DNA of 64,000 nucleotides from Octopus vulgaris (Eukaryota), in NCBI GenBank assembly GCA_951406725.2, contig OX597819.1, positions 44,640,001 to 44,704,000 on the forward strand, written 5' to 3'. Positions within the stretch are counted from its first letter, which is position 1, and every line of letters starts with the position of its first letter. Shown here in pieces: positions 14,681 to 27,544 of the stretch. Below the pieces are notes generated by a model. That model was not told where the DNA came from. It saw nothing but the letters and a program-made list of their open reading frames with translations, and did not search any database. The translations under genes were made by a program, and so were the position numbers.

Positions 14681-15339
14681 AGTAAGTGCACAGGAGATGA
14701 TGCATTTCTACACACACTGAGCCACAATTCTGTCACTCGCTGTGGCCTGAGCTTGCTGTGCCATTGGATCCGATATACAAATGGTATGTAGTATGTTCAT
14801 AAGCTTCTAGCGTTGAGTTTGAAATTTTCCAGTATTGAACTGCTTGTTGTTTTGTTCTCCCTAATTGTATATTATATTTAAGTCCAGCTGCAAGATTGCA
14901 ACATTGTCAGAGCTCTTTACAAATTGTGATAATTTTGCATTATCAGCCTATCGAGTGAAAAAGGCTGCCTGCGTGACCATGGGTATGTCTAACAGAGCTA
15001 CTATAAATATGGTGGATATCGCACCTCAGCAGAAGATGGCCATCTACTTTTAGATATTTTAAAAAATATATTCTGCACGAGCTTGTTTGTTTGTGCAAAC
15101 AGTTCAGGAGTGCGACTTCATCAAGCCACCTCATCAATAAATCTTTTGAAGTTTCTCTGAAATATGTATTAAATTTGAAATTTGTCTGATCAAATATGTT
15201 TCTAAGTATATTTTTATGTATGTATGTATGTATGTATGTATGTATGTATGTATGTATGTATGTATGTATGTATGTATGTATGTTTGTATCTATTATTCTA
15301 TTTATCTATCTATCTATTTATTTATCACTTCAATAATGC

Positions 15340-15520
15340 AACTACACATATGCTATTGCTGACATTTTTCCTTCCTTGGACTTCTCCCTTTTCTTTTTTT
15401 CCATTCCGACGAAGAACTGTATTCGAAACGTCGAAAACTCTCTCTTCTTACCGAGCGTCAAACTAATACATTGTATGCACACGTCTTCTTGTTGTTTTTT
15501 TTCTTGTTGTTTTAATGTTC
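15340..15520 (+). mobile_element. Penelope-like terminal remnant with minimal hammerhead-like core
   Basis: 15406-15432: ccgacga-a-gaa-ctgta-ttc-GAAAC-GTC, with a palindromic ACGT stem III and one core substitution; homologous to 13012-13130. Confidence 0.5.
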
Positions 15521-15528
15521 GTTTTTTA

Positions 15529-15597
<69 letters not shown>

Positions 15598-15644
15598 GTC
15601 TATCTGCCTGTCTGTCTGCCGCTCTCTCTCTCTCTCTCTCTCGC

Positions 15645-15680
<36 letters not shown>

Positions 15681-15683
<3 letters not shown>

Positions 15684-16217
15684 GGTGTCCCCAAAAAATG
15701 TATACACACCTTAAATAATTGTACATTTGGGGTTTATTATAATTCGAATAATTTTCAACATGTAAAAGAATTTATAAATATCATTCTACTGTCTTGTTAT
15801 CGCATGTTCTCAAACTGATGTCCGTTCTGCTCCAGACAATGCTGACAACGCGAAGCGATGGAATGGCACACATCATGGAACAATTCCCTTTGGGATATTC
15901 GTACATTCATGTTCAATGGTTGCCCTCAATTGAACGACTGTTGCAGGTTTCTGTGCGTAGACTTTGTCCTTTAGGTATCCCCATAAAAAGAAGTCTAGTG
16001 GTGTGAGGTCTGGTGAACGTGGAGGGTATTCGAAAAAACCTCTCCGTCCAATCCACCAGTTTGGCAAGATCCCATCAAGAAAGGATGTAACATCACGATG
16101 GTAGTGTGGAGGTGCCCCATCTTGCTGGAAATAAAACTCTTCCTGTTCAAAGTCCTCTCTAATGCTTGGCATGACAGACTGTTGCAGTATGTGTATACAT
16201 TTTTTTGGGACACCCTG
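15681..16217 (-). mobile_element. Internally deleted Tc1/mariner element, DD41D (rosa/Visitor) type
   Basis: TIRs cagggtgtccc.aaaaaatgtatacac, TA flanks; QQDGAPPH...PPRSPDLTPLDFFLWG with 41 residues between the two catalytic Asp. Confidence 0.92.
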
Positions 16218-16568
16218 TATATATATATATGCATGCATATACTCATATATACATATATATGCATATAAAAACTGTGTTTGTGTGTGTGTACATGCGTGTG
16301 CCTGTGTGTCTGTGTGCGTGTTTGTGTGTGTTTGTGCATGTAAACGTTTCTAATCATTATTAACAGTAATTTCTTTGGTAAACGTTGGAGAACTTCGTAT
16401 TCTTTTGATTTGGTTTGCGTTTTACTCTGAGATATATTTGCTATATATATACTCAATATGACAAAACTATTATGCATAAATTTCCAAGTAAAATGTATAG
16501 TTGCATGCTAATATTTTTATCGCTGGTTACTCTAGGGGTCAATATCTAAATACTTACATTCCCACATG

Positions 16569-16658
<90 letters not shown>

Positions 16659-16826
16659 GGCATCTGTGTATAATAACGTGTTGTATTAATGTATAGACGC
16701 ACAAAACTGAACACAAGTAATGCGTTTACAAACACATACATACACACCCACATAAACACCAACTAATATACTCACTCATACGTGTTAAAGTATAGACTGC
16801 AATGTTTTTTTATTTATTTAATATGA

Positions 16827-16889
<63 letters not shown>

Positions 16890-17297
16890 TTTATTTATCT
16901 ATCTCTACTCATATTAATGGGAAGCACAATAAAATGCAACTCGTATATAGTTTACAATATGGTTTAGTAGCCGACTCCATAATCCATTCCCGTATCCTCC
17001 AGTATAGCAGAGGTGGGCCACCAATATCAGGACTGGCTACAATGCGGATTATATGTACATATATATATAGTGGAAATTTATAGACTAACAAAGTCCGAAG
17101 ACTGGTGTAGAAACAACAAACAAGTGTATTAGTTTGACGCTTGGGAAAAATAAAAAAGTCTTTCAGCAGTCCAAGATCCCCGCCATCTCTCTTTCTGTAT
17201 ATATATGCATATATATACACACACACACACACACGCACACACACACACACACACGCGCACACGCACACACTCACACACCCACACACACACACACGCA

Positions 17298-17344
<47 letters not shown>

Positions 17345-17356
17345 GTATATATATAA

Positions 17357-17547
17357 AAGAATAGCTGTGTAGTATGAGGCTTGCTTCACAAACACATGGC
17401 TGTGTGGCAAGGACCTTGCATCCCAACCACATGGTTTTGGGTTCAGTCCCACTGCGTGGCACCTTGGGCAAGTGTCTTCTACTATAGCACCGTGCTGACC
17501 AAAGCCTTGTGAGTAGATTTGGTTGACGGAAACTGAAAAAGTCCGTC

Positions 17548-17608
<61 letters not shown>

Positions 17609-17845
17609 TGTGTGTGTTTGTGTATGAGTCTTTGTGTCTGTGTTTGTTCCCCCTTCACTGCTTGAGAACCGGTGCTGGTGTGTTTGTGTCCCTGTCATCT
17701 TAGCGGATCGGCAAAAAAAGACCGATAAAATATGTACTAGGCTTACAAGAAATAAGTCCTGGTGTCGATTTCTTCGACTAAAACCATTCAAGTCGGTGCT
17801 CCAGCATGGTCGCAGTCAAATGACTGAGACAAGTAAAAGTCAAAG
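17357..17845 (+). mobile_element. SINE family A with duplicated head
   Basis: Match to 2377-2775; the gctgtgt.g..cttgc..cacatgg head occurs twice at 17360-17435. Confidence 0.88.
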
Positions 17846-19323
17846 AAAGAATATATGCACACACAAACCACGCAGACACACACACACACATACACACATG
17901 TATTCACGCATATACATACCTATAATTATGCATAGAAATTTAACGAATTGAAATATGGCGGCATGAATGTATATATGTATGCATATAGGCATGTAAGTTC
18001 AAACACACAAACACACACACACTCATAAGTTTGTGTAACAAAAAATATATATATGTGTATGTACGTATTATTGCTTCTACGGTGAGTCGCACAAGAATTT
18101 ATTTTGAAAAACCTTAAATGAAATTCTGATATAATAACAATAAATACAAGGTAAAAACATGAGAAGTACCCGTAAACCCAGATGTACAAAAAATACAACA
18201 ACAAAAAAAAAAACGAAACAAAAATAGAAATGGAAAGATAACGATATGTAAATACCACAAGCTTCCTTTTCTGTCTTATCCATGAAATCATGTTGGTTTG
18301 TGTTTGTTTAGAAATTTAAAGGGTTACTTTAAACCCCCGACTCTATCAATATATCTAAATCCACATGATGTACTTGAAAAATAAATTATCACCGCTCTAA
18401 ATATAATATTTTCATTGCTCTTTTTGAACTTCTGATCTGATAAATATTTCCTTCATGATAGATGTGACTTGCAACAACGAATTAAAACATTATAGTTACG
18501 TATGAATGTATGTATATTTGTATGCATGCCTACAATCATCATGTATAGAAGCATAGAAGTATAGGTGTTAGTTCGTACCAATGTATACACGCATGGAGTA
18601 AGTGCGTAACCTTGCACATATGTATGTATATACGTATACATGCGTATATATATATATATTTATATATTTGCATCTACATATATGTATATACATATATATA
18701 CATATACGCATCTATATATATGTATATATATATATACACACACATATATATATATATACGCACCTATATATATATATAAATATGCATCTACCTATTTCTA
18801 TATTATTTATGCACATAACATATGCGTACATGTGTATATGTGTATACGTGTACACACATGCATGTGCAAGTATACACCTCTGTAAATTCATATCGTGTGC
18901 CTGTCTTTAGGTATGTTTATACATGCTTATACACGCACAGACGCACTCATATTGATGGTCGTGTATGGTTATGTAGGCATGCAAGTATATAAATTATACA
19001 AATGGTTAACGAATATTTTTGTTGATATAAGCACTTACGTGTCCCTATAAGCATATGAATGTGGATGTGTGTATCTATACCACGCGTGTGTTTGTCAATA
19101 TGTATGTTTTCGTCACTCAGGGTAGTTAAATAGTAAATGTGTTTGAACTGTCAAAAATATATTTGACAAAATCGTATTTGGGCACAAAAACATATTTGGA
19201 CATAGCTCCATACAGAAACATACGTACATACATACATACATACATACATACATACATACATACATACATACATACATACATACATACGTACATACATACG
19301 TACATACATACGTACGTACACAG

Positions 19324-19355
<32 letters not shown>

Positions 19356-19481
19356 GCATATATATATATCTACATATAGCACATAGGTACATACAATAGA
19401 CACAGACACAAGCAGCGGTCTGTAACTCAAATTATATATTAATATATCCCTAAAAGTATGTATATATATAATTATATATAT

Positions 19482-19525
<44 letters not shown>

Positions 19526-19825
19526 ATTTATGTGTGTATATTCATATGAGGAACAATAATTACTGACTCGTTAGCCAATGATATAGTGTATGGAACTTTT
19601 ATGAAAGTTTATCTTGTCGCTTGACTTGATGTTCTGTTTAATAATAAAAGCTTTGAACCTAGAAATTAACAGATAGAGAGATAGATAGATAGATAGAGCA
19701 GAGATCAATCAGCGTGACTGAAGTTCTTGTCCAGTGAAAACCAGTTTGGAAGACTGCAGTAGACTTTGTATGGAAAGGGACAGAGTGAAAGGAAGAGGGA
19801 CAGTAATACATACATACATACAACC

Positions 19826-19858
<33 letters not shown>

Positions 19859-20203
19859 CATATATACATGCACACATACAAATATATATATATATATGCA
19901 TACAAATATATATGTATGTATATTTATATAAATATATATATATATGTGTGTGTGTGAGTGTGCACGTTTGTGTATGTATATGGATATATATATATATATA
20001 TATACACATACAATCATATATATATATGGAGGAAGTAAGAAGGAGAAAATGAGGAGGAAAACAAAGCAGAGAGACAAGGCTGTTCTGGTTATGCAGGATG
20101 AGTAACTGTGTGAATCAGAGAGGTGTGGCAAAAAATAAATAAATGAGGGAGGGAGAAAGAACGAGAGAAAGCAAGAACGTGAGAGAGACAGACAGAGGGG
20201 AAA

Positions 20204-20242
<39 letters not shown>

Positions 20243-21654
20243 TACTGAGCAACAATTATAAATTTTAAAGACTAGTGCAGATATTTGTATGCATGTATAC
20301 CTATGTATGTTCGTATGGTTTAGAGTGATTTTCTGCGGGTGCATGTATTTGCGTGTTTGTGTGTATGTGTAAGTGGGGTGAGGATTGCGTGCATGTTTAA
20401 TTGTGTGTGTGTGTGTGAGTGTATGTGTGGGTATTTGTTCGGATTAGTGTCTACGTGCAGACATGTTTCGTTTGAATCACTTTAAATATTGCAAGGAATG
20501 TTTGGATTGGCGACAGAAAATCGAATCGAGGCGGGAACAGAGGAGTAGCCATATATACATGTCAAATATATTATACGTAGTTCTGATTAATCGAAGTCAA
20601 TTACTTAATTGAGGCAAGTACTAGGCGTGGGAAATACATCGAGAGAGCTATACGTATATATGTGTATATATATATATATATATATAATTATAAATTATAA
20701 ATATTATAAATACGTAAATACATATATAGACATGTTATGCATTTATATACAAATATATAGATAGGTAGAGGGAGAACAGATAAAGAAATAGCTGTGTGGC
20801 CTGTCTAGTGGGTAAGCTGTGGTGGATTTATAGATTTAGAGAAAATGGTGGAAAATAGCTCATTATCTGAGTTTCTCATTTCTACTAAACGCCTTCTCCA
20901 AAGCCGTTAGCCAATAATAAGCTGTTAGTGCTTGAAACTTGTTTCAACGAATCGTGTTTCGTAGCAATACTTCAGAAAGAAATTAACTAAACAAATAAAA
21001 AAAACCGAATATAATCGAAAGGAAATGGGATGGGCTATCGGTGGTCTATGTTATACCCTCATTAGATGATATATATATATATGACGTCCATATCTGAAAA
21101 TTCCAGGTCAAAAAGTGCTGATACTTTGGCTTTTCCAGTTGATTTCTTCCAACCAATAAATGGCCGAATGTGTTTGAACGATATATCTTCTTTCTCTTTA
21201 TTGTCCCTTGTATTTAGATTAGATCAAAAACTGAATATAAATATATTGTTTTCTGCGTGACTTTAACTCGGTTTTAATTCGCTTATTTAAAAATTGTTAA
21301 AGAATCAATCCAGTAGTGAATATAGGAAACTTTATTTTGTCGCAGGGTTTACTAGAAATACTGGCCAAAACTCTCTATTGAGAAAGAAAAAGAAAGATTT
21401 TGGATAATTTAAGACATCAGGCCAGACTAGGGACGGTTACTACCCGGAACCCAAGCAAGCATACCTGGGTCCACAAAATATAATCTTCAATGAGATTTCA
21501 TATGGACACCATTTATTCTGTGTTACGTAAATCATGTTTTTGCTATAACGTATTCCTTTAGTAGGCCTCAAAATGTGTCTCTGAGGTGCGTTTGCTTCGT
21601 GACAATATGGTAAACGAGTATCAGTGAATAGGTAGCATAAATATCAAATCCATT

Positions 21655-21743
21655 TAACTTCTTCTTCTTCTTCTTCTTCTTTTTCTTCTTCTTCTTTTCT
21701 TTCTTCTTTTTCTTCTTCTTCTTCTCCTTCTTTTCTTCTTCTT

Positions 21744-21812
<69 letters not shown>

Positions 21813-21831
21813 ATTATTATTATTATCATCA

Positions 21832-21891
<60 letters not shown>
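21655..21891. repeat. (CTT)n then (TTA)n compound microsatellite
   Basis: Read directly. Confidence 0.95.
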
Positions 21892-21892
<1 letters not shown>

Positions 21893-22476
21893 CACGCCGG
21901 GCGAAATGCTTAGCAGTATTTCTTCTGCCGCTACGTTCTGAATTCAAATTCCGCCGAAGTCGACTTTGCCTTTCATCCTTTCGGGGTCGATTAAGTAAGT
22001 ATCAGTTACGCACTGGGGTCGATATAATCGATTTAATCCGTTTGTCTGACCTTCTTTATCCTCTCTGTGTTTAGCCCCTTGTGGGTAGTAAAGAAATAGT
22101 TATTTCGTCTGTCTTCACGTTCTGGGTTCAAATTTCACCTAGGTAGACTTCGCCTTTCATCCCTTCGGAGTCGATAAATTAAGTACCTGTGAAACATTGG
22201 AGTCGATGTAATCGACTAGTCCCCTCCCACAAAATATCAGGGCTTGTGCCATTAATAGAAAGGACTATTATTAATATTGCTAAGGCGGCGAGCTGGCAGA
22301 ATCGTTAGTACGCCAGGTAAAATGCTTAGCTGTATTTCGTCTGACGCAGTACTTTGATTTCAAGTTCCGCCTTGGTCAATTTTGCCTTTCACTCTTTTGG
22401 GGTCGAACACTGGGGTCGATGTAATCGACTAGTCCCTTCCCCTCAAATTTCAGGCCTTGTGCCTTTAGTAGAAAGG

Positions 22477-22478
<2 letters not shown>
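21892..22478 (+). mobile_element. Three tandem SINE family B copies
   Basis: Repeated gttcaaattccgccga.gtcgactttgcctttcatcctttcggggtcgat core; head aaggcggcgagctggcagaatcgttag at ~22282; tail agaaagga into (TTA)n. Confidence 0.85.
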
Positions 22479-22540
<62 letters not shown>

Positions 22541-22542
<2 letters not shown>

Positions 22543-23350
22543 TTCCCTTCTTTCTTCAAATTTTCTTCCGTTTCTCGCCGAGTGTTTACCGTACACCTAG
22601 GGTAGAGAAGCTCATTGTATGCATTCCCAGATTACACACGCAAATTCACAAGTGAAATATGTATTTAAAAAATTAATAAATAATTTTCTTTTATATTCCT
22701 CTTGATGCCCCCTGATACTGTTTCCAAGGACCCAACAAAAATCATCTTCTTCATTTTCCATAGCCGGGCTATTTCGTACTATCTTTTCGCCTTCTTACTT
22801 GACTATTCGTGGGTCAAAGGGGCATGCGATATCAACTATATAGCACCTTGTATACCATCCCTAGGTCTGGTCTCTTATGCTCCAGCACCTGATCTTTTTG
22901 GAGTGGGAAATCCCAGAGGATTTTGCGAGTCTCCGACTCTGCGACTCTCTGCGGTTTGTCCTCATACCACGTCTTGCCTCTCTCTAGCGCCCACTTTTCG
23001 CACAGTTTCCAGTGTTGCACTTTCGCTACCTGGTCATGTCACCACAACTTGTAGTGTTTTGGGGCAAGTCTAGGGCATTCGTTCGTGATATGGGCAATGG
23101 TTTCATCCCCTCTATTGCAGATGCGGCACAGCAGAGACATTAGCTCATACCTGAGGTTGACCCTCCAGTTCGTGGCCAGAGCTTGGTCCTGCACCACCAG
23201 TATAGTGCTCTCGGTCTCTTTTTTTAGAGTTCCTTTCATCAGGCAAACCCACTTATTTTTTCCTGCAACTTCTCTGTGGCTACATGGAATTGATTGTGTA
23301 GTCCTTTCATGCATAATTCTTCTTCATGTCCTTTTTGTACTTCTTCCTTT
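22541..23350 (-). mobile_element. R4/Dong family C, decayed 3' portion
   Basis: KGTLKKETESTILVVQDQAL, CRIC..ETIAHITNEC, HWKLC..WY..ILWDF..RPD across frameshifts; ends into (TAA)n. Confidence 0.85.
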
Positions 23351-23399
23351 GATATCATTATTAATTTTTGTACTTCATTCCTTATAATAATTATTATTG

Positions 23400-23921
23400 T
23401 TTTTACTTTTAATCTGCATCTCTGTTATAGTCACTTGCCAAGACACACCAGCGTCATGAGATGAGAGAAGGATAAGAGATGTTACAATAAGCCTGAAAGC
23501 TTGGCCTGAGGAGGTAGTGAAATATATCCAGGTAATAGAACACAGACATTTAAATGGATAGGGTTTTTCTTAGGATGTGGGCAGTACTTGTCAGCACACT
23601 CTTTTGGATGTCTCTGAGACATGGTTCTCCTGAGATCTTATCTAGATGTTTCTGACATCCCTTTTTTGTTATCATGCCTAGGGCACTTACAATAACAGGT
23701 ACGGTTCTCGTTTAAGTTGCCACGTCTCTTGTATTTCAATTTCCAGGTCCTTATATTTACTTAGTTTATCAAATTCCTTGACAGCTGGGAACACTGACAA
23801 CTATTAGTGTACACGTATTTTCCTCCTTGTCTTTATTAATAATGTCTGGCTCATCAACCTGGATCATTCTCTCAGTTTTGACTGGAAAATACCAGAGGAT
23901 AGTGACATTTTTACCCTCAAC
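23400..23921 (-). mobile_element. R4/Dong family D, decayed 3' portion
   Basis: Manual translation gives VEGKNVTILWYFPVKTERMI..PDII and KEFDKLSKYKDLEIEIQETWQLK..VPVIVSALGMI. Confidence 0.75.
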
Positions 23922-23958
<37 letters not shown>

Positions 23959-23997
23959 GATTATTATTATCATCATCATCATTATTATTATTATTAT

Positions 23998-25501
23998 TCA
24001 GTAGTATATTTTTTATAGCGTGCTTTCACTTCACTACCCAGCGCAGCTCTGTGTGCCTTGGGTATGTGCTGTGATTTGTTGTGATGCTCTGATGGTTACT
24101 GTATAGAAAGTGTTCTGCGTAGGATGTGTGCAGTGCCTAGTAGTGCAATTTTCTCTATGTTATATGTGTTTGTAAGTCCTGGTGTTTTTGTTATGTATTT
24201 GTCTGAATATTTTTTTATCATGCCTAATGCACCTATTATGATAGGAATTGTTTCTGTTTTTAGATTCCACATTCTGTTTACCTCTATTTCCAGGTCTTTG
24301 TATTTTGAAAGTTTCTCCATTTATTTTAGAGACACGTTGTCATCTGCTGGTATTGATACATCAATTAGAAAGCATTTTTTTCTTCATGATCTCTGCCAAC
24401 TACATCTGGTATGTTGGCCTTAATTTCTCAATCTGTGTGTATCGGCATATCCCAGAATATGGTTGCTTTCTCGTTTTCTGTGACCTTTTCTGGTGTGTGC
24501 CTATACCATCTTTTTTCTGTTGTTATTTCATAATGTTGGCATAGCTTCCAGTGTATATAGGTCCCAACTCTGTCATGTCTGTGAATATATTCCTTCTTAG
24601 CCAGGACTGGGCAGCTAGAGATAATATGATTTATTATTTCTTGTCCATCTCCACATATTCTGCAGTTACTTGTAATATTTCTTTTCATTACATGTTTTTG
24701 GTAATTTCTGGTGGAGAGGCTTTGGTCTTGTCCTGCAATTAAAAAATCCTTCTGTCTCTGCTTTGAGTCCTCAGCTTCTCAACCATAGATGGGATTTTTC
24801 TTTGTCTATTTCTTTTGCATTTAATTTAGTCCAGTATTTACCATGAAGGGGCTTTTCTTGCCATCGTCTTATCATGGTTCGTTGCTGTTTTATTTTTAGT
24901 TTGGATTTCATTTGTTTTATAGCTTTTCTTCTTCTTCTTCTTCTTCTTCTTCTTCTTCTTCTTCTTCTTCTTCTTCTTCTTCTTCTTCTTCTTCTTCTTC
25001 TTCTTCTTCTTCTTCTTCTTCTCCTTCTTCATATTTGTTAGGTGGTATGATTTCTGGTTTGTATTTGTCAGCTTCCTTAAATACTGAGAAAAGATTTTTG
25101 TTTTGCTCGTGTTTTGCCGCTATTTGTATCAGTTTTCCTTCCTTCTGAAGTAGACATTTTTGCAGTCCTATGGTGGTTATTTTATAATAGTTTTCCGGCT
25201 GTATAAGGCCTCTACCACCTTCTATACGTTGTATATATAGCCTTTCTATGTCAGATTTTGGGTGATGCATCTTAGATCTTGTCATTATTTTTCGTGTTTT
25301 CCTATCTATTTTGGTCAGTTCATTTAGTGTCCAGTTAAGGATATTGTAGTTGTAACTTATAACTGGGACGGCTAAAGTGTTAATACCTATTATCTTGTTT
25401 TTAGCATTGAGCTCTGTTTTCAGTATTGATCTAACTCGTCTATAATATAATTTTTTTATTTTCTCTTTCATTTGTGTGTTGTATCTTATCTAGTTCATGG
25501 A
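23998..25501 (-). mobile_element. R4/Dong family A, 5'-truncated, with expanded internal (GAA)n
   Basis: ORFs 24917-25471, 24428-24688 and 24096-24320 give the RT thumb, zinc knuckle and RLE; 3'UTR nearly the same as the 9536-10357 copy. Confidence 0.93.
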
Positions 25502-25517
25502 TTATTATTATTATTAT

Positions 25518-26904
25518 TCAGTAGTTTTATTTTTATAGCGTGCTTTCACTTCACTACCGAGCGCAGCTCTGTGTGCCTTGGGTATGTGCTGTGATTTGTT
25601 GTGATGCTCTGATGGTTATTGTATGGAAAGTGCTCTTCGTAGGATGTGTGCAGTGCCTAGTAGTGCAATTTTCTGTATGAAATATGTGTTTGTAAGTCCT
25701 GGTGTTTTTGTTATGTATTTGTCTGAATATTTTTTTATCATGCCTAATGCACCTACTATGATAGGAATTGTTTCTGTTTTCAGATTCCACATTCTAGTTA
25801 CCTCTATTTCCAGGTCTTTGTATTTCGAGAGTTTCTCCATTTCTTTTAGAGACACGTTGTCATCTGCCGGTATTGATACATCAATTAGAAAGCATTTTTT
25901 TCTTCATGATCTCTGACAACTATATCTGGTCTGTTGGCCTTAATTTCTCTATCTGTGTGTATCGGCATATCCCAGAGTATGGTTGCTTTCTCGTTTTCTG
26001 TAACCTTTTCTGGTGTGTGCCTATACCATCTTTTTTCTGTTGTTATTCCATAATGTTGGCATAGCTTCCAGTGTATGTAGGTTCCAATTCTGTCATGTCT
26101 GTGAATATATTCCTTCTTAGCCAGGACTGGGCAGCTAGAGATAATATGATTTATTGTTTCTTGTCCATCTCCACATATTCTGCAGTTACTTGTAATATTT
26201 CCTTTCATTACATGTTTTTGGTAATTTCTGGTGGGGAGGCTTTGGTCTTGTCCTGCAATTAAAAATCCCTCTGTCTCTGCTTTGAGTCCTGAGCTTCTCA
26301 ACCATTGCTGGGATCTTTCTTTGTCTATTTCTTTTGCGTTTAGTTTAGTGCAGTATTTACCATGAAGGGGCTTTTCTTGCCATCGTTTTATCATGGTTCG
26401 TTGCTGTTCTATTTTTAGTTTGGATTTCATTTGTTTTATAGCTTTTGTTGTTTCTTCATCATCTTCTTCTTCTTCTTCGTGTTTATTAGGTGGTATGATT
26501 TCTTGTTTGTATTTGTCAGCTTCCTTAAATACTGAGAACAGTTTTCTGTTTTGCTCGTGTTTTGCTGCTATCTGGATCAGTTTTCCTTCCTTCTGAAGTA
26601 GGTATGTTTGCAGTCCTATGGTGGTTATTTTATAGTAGTTTTCCAGCTGTATAAGGCCTCTACCACCTTCTATACGTTGTATATATAGTCTTTCTATGTC
26701 AGATTTTGGGTGATGCATCCTAGATCCTGTCAGTATTTTTCTTGTTTTCCTATCTATTTTGGACAGTTCATTTCGTGTCCAGTTAAGGATATTTTAGCTG
26801 TAACATATAACTGGGACAGCTAAAGTGTTGATACCTATTATCTTGTTTTTAGCATTGAGCTCTGTTTTTAGTATTGATCTAACTCGTCTATTTATTGAGC
26901 TCTG

Positions 26905-26910
<6 letters not shown>
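25518..26910 (-). mobile_element. R4/Dong family A, 5'-truncated, head-to-tail with the previous copy
   Basis: 277-aa ORF 25885-26718 plus 25616-25855; only a short (TAA)n separates it from the neighbouring copy. Confidence 0.95.
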
Positions 26911-26984
<74 letters not shown>

Positions 26985-26991
26985 TTTATTA

Positions 26992-27040
<49 letters not shown>

Positions 27041-27041
<1 letters not shown>

Positions 27042-27411
27042 GAGTGAGAGAGCAGTTCATGCCATCAAAATGACACTGGGGTAAAATATACGAAGCCCAA
27101 TATACCCATCATGACTACCTGTCTGATAAGGGTACACCATGCACACATCACAACCATATGTGCGCGACATGGTGATCTCATATCAAGATAAACAGCACAT
27201 AACATTGCAGGTGGGGCCCAGTTAGAATTTTCTTCAGGTTGAGTAGCCCATCCCGCTCAAAAGGTCCCTGAATAAGGGTTGTTTAAGGATGTTGAATGAA
27301 ACACCCATGTTTCCAGAGGTAAATTATTCAAACCCCAAAGAATCCCTCTCAACACATGGCTATGATGCTCCCCCACTACTTCTGCTCGTGATCAGAGATG
27401 CACATATCGTC
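27041..27411 (-). mobile_element. (TAA)n-associated non-coding element (family T), truncated
   Basis: High identity to 47987-48544 and 52037-52592; (TAA)n on both sides. Strand inferred from which end is truncated. Confidence 0.85.
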
Positions 27412-27426
27412 TTATTATTATTATTT

Positions 27427-27505
<79 letters not shown>

Positions 27506-27544
27506 CATCATCATCATCATCATCATCATCCTCATTATTATATC

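Noticed and set aside
13610-15160. Non-repetitive stretch that may be a decayed coding element (weak helicase-like words FIDEVA, LLLRCDIHHI)
   Set aside because: No consistent motif series could be read; needs a frameshift-aware search.
21892-22478. Repeat-spacer-like periodicity
   Set aside because: Tandem truncated SINE B copies, not a CRISPR array; eukaryotic context and no cas genes.
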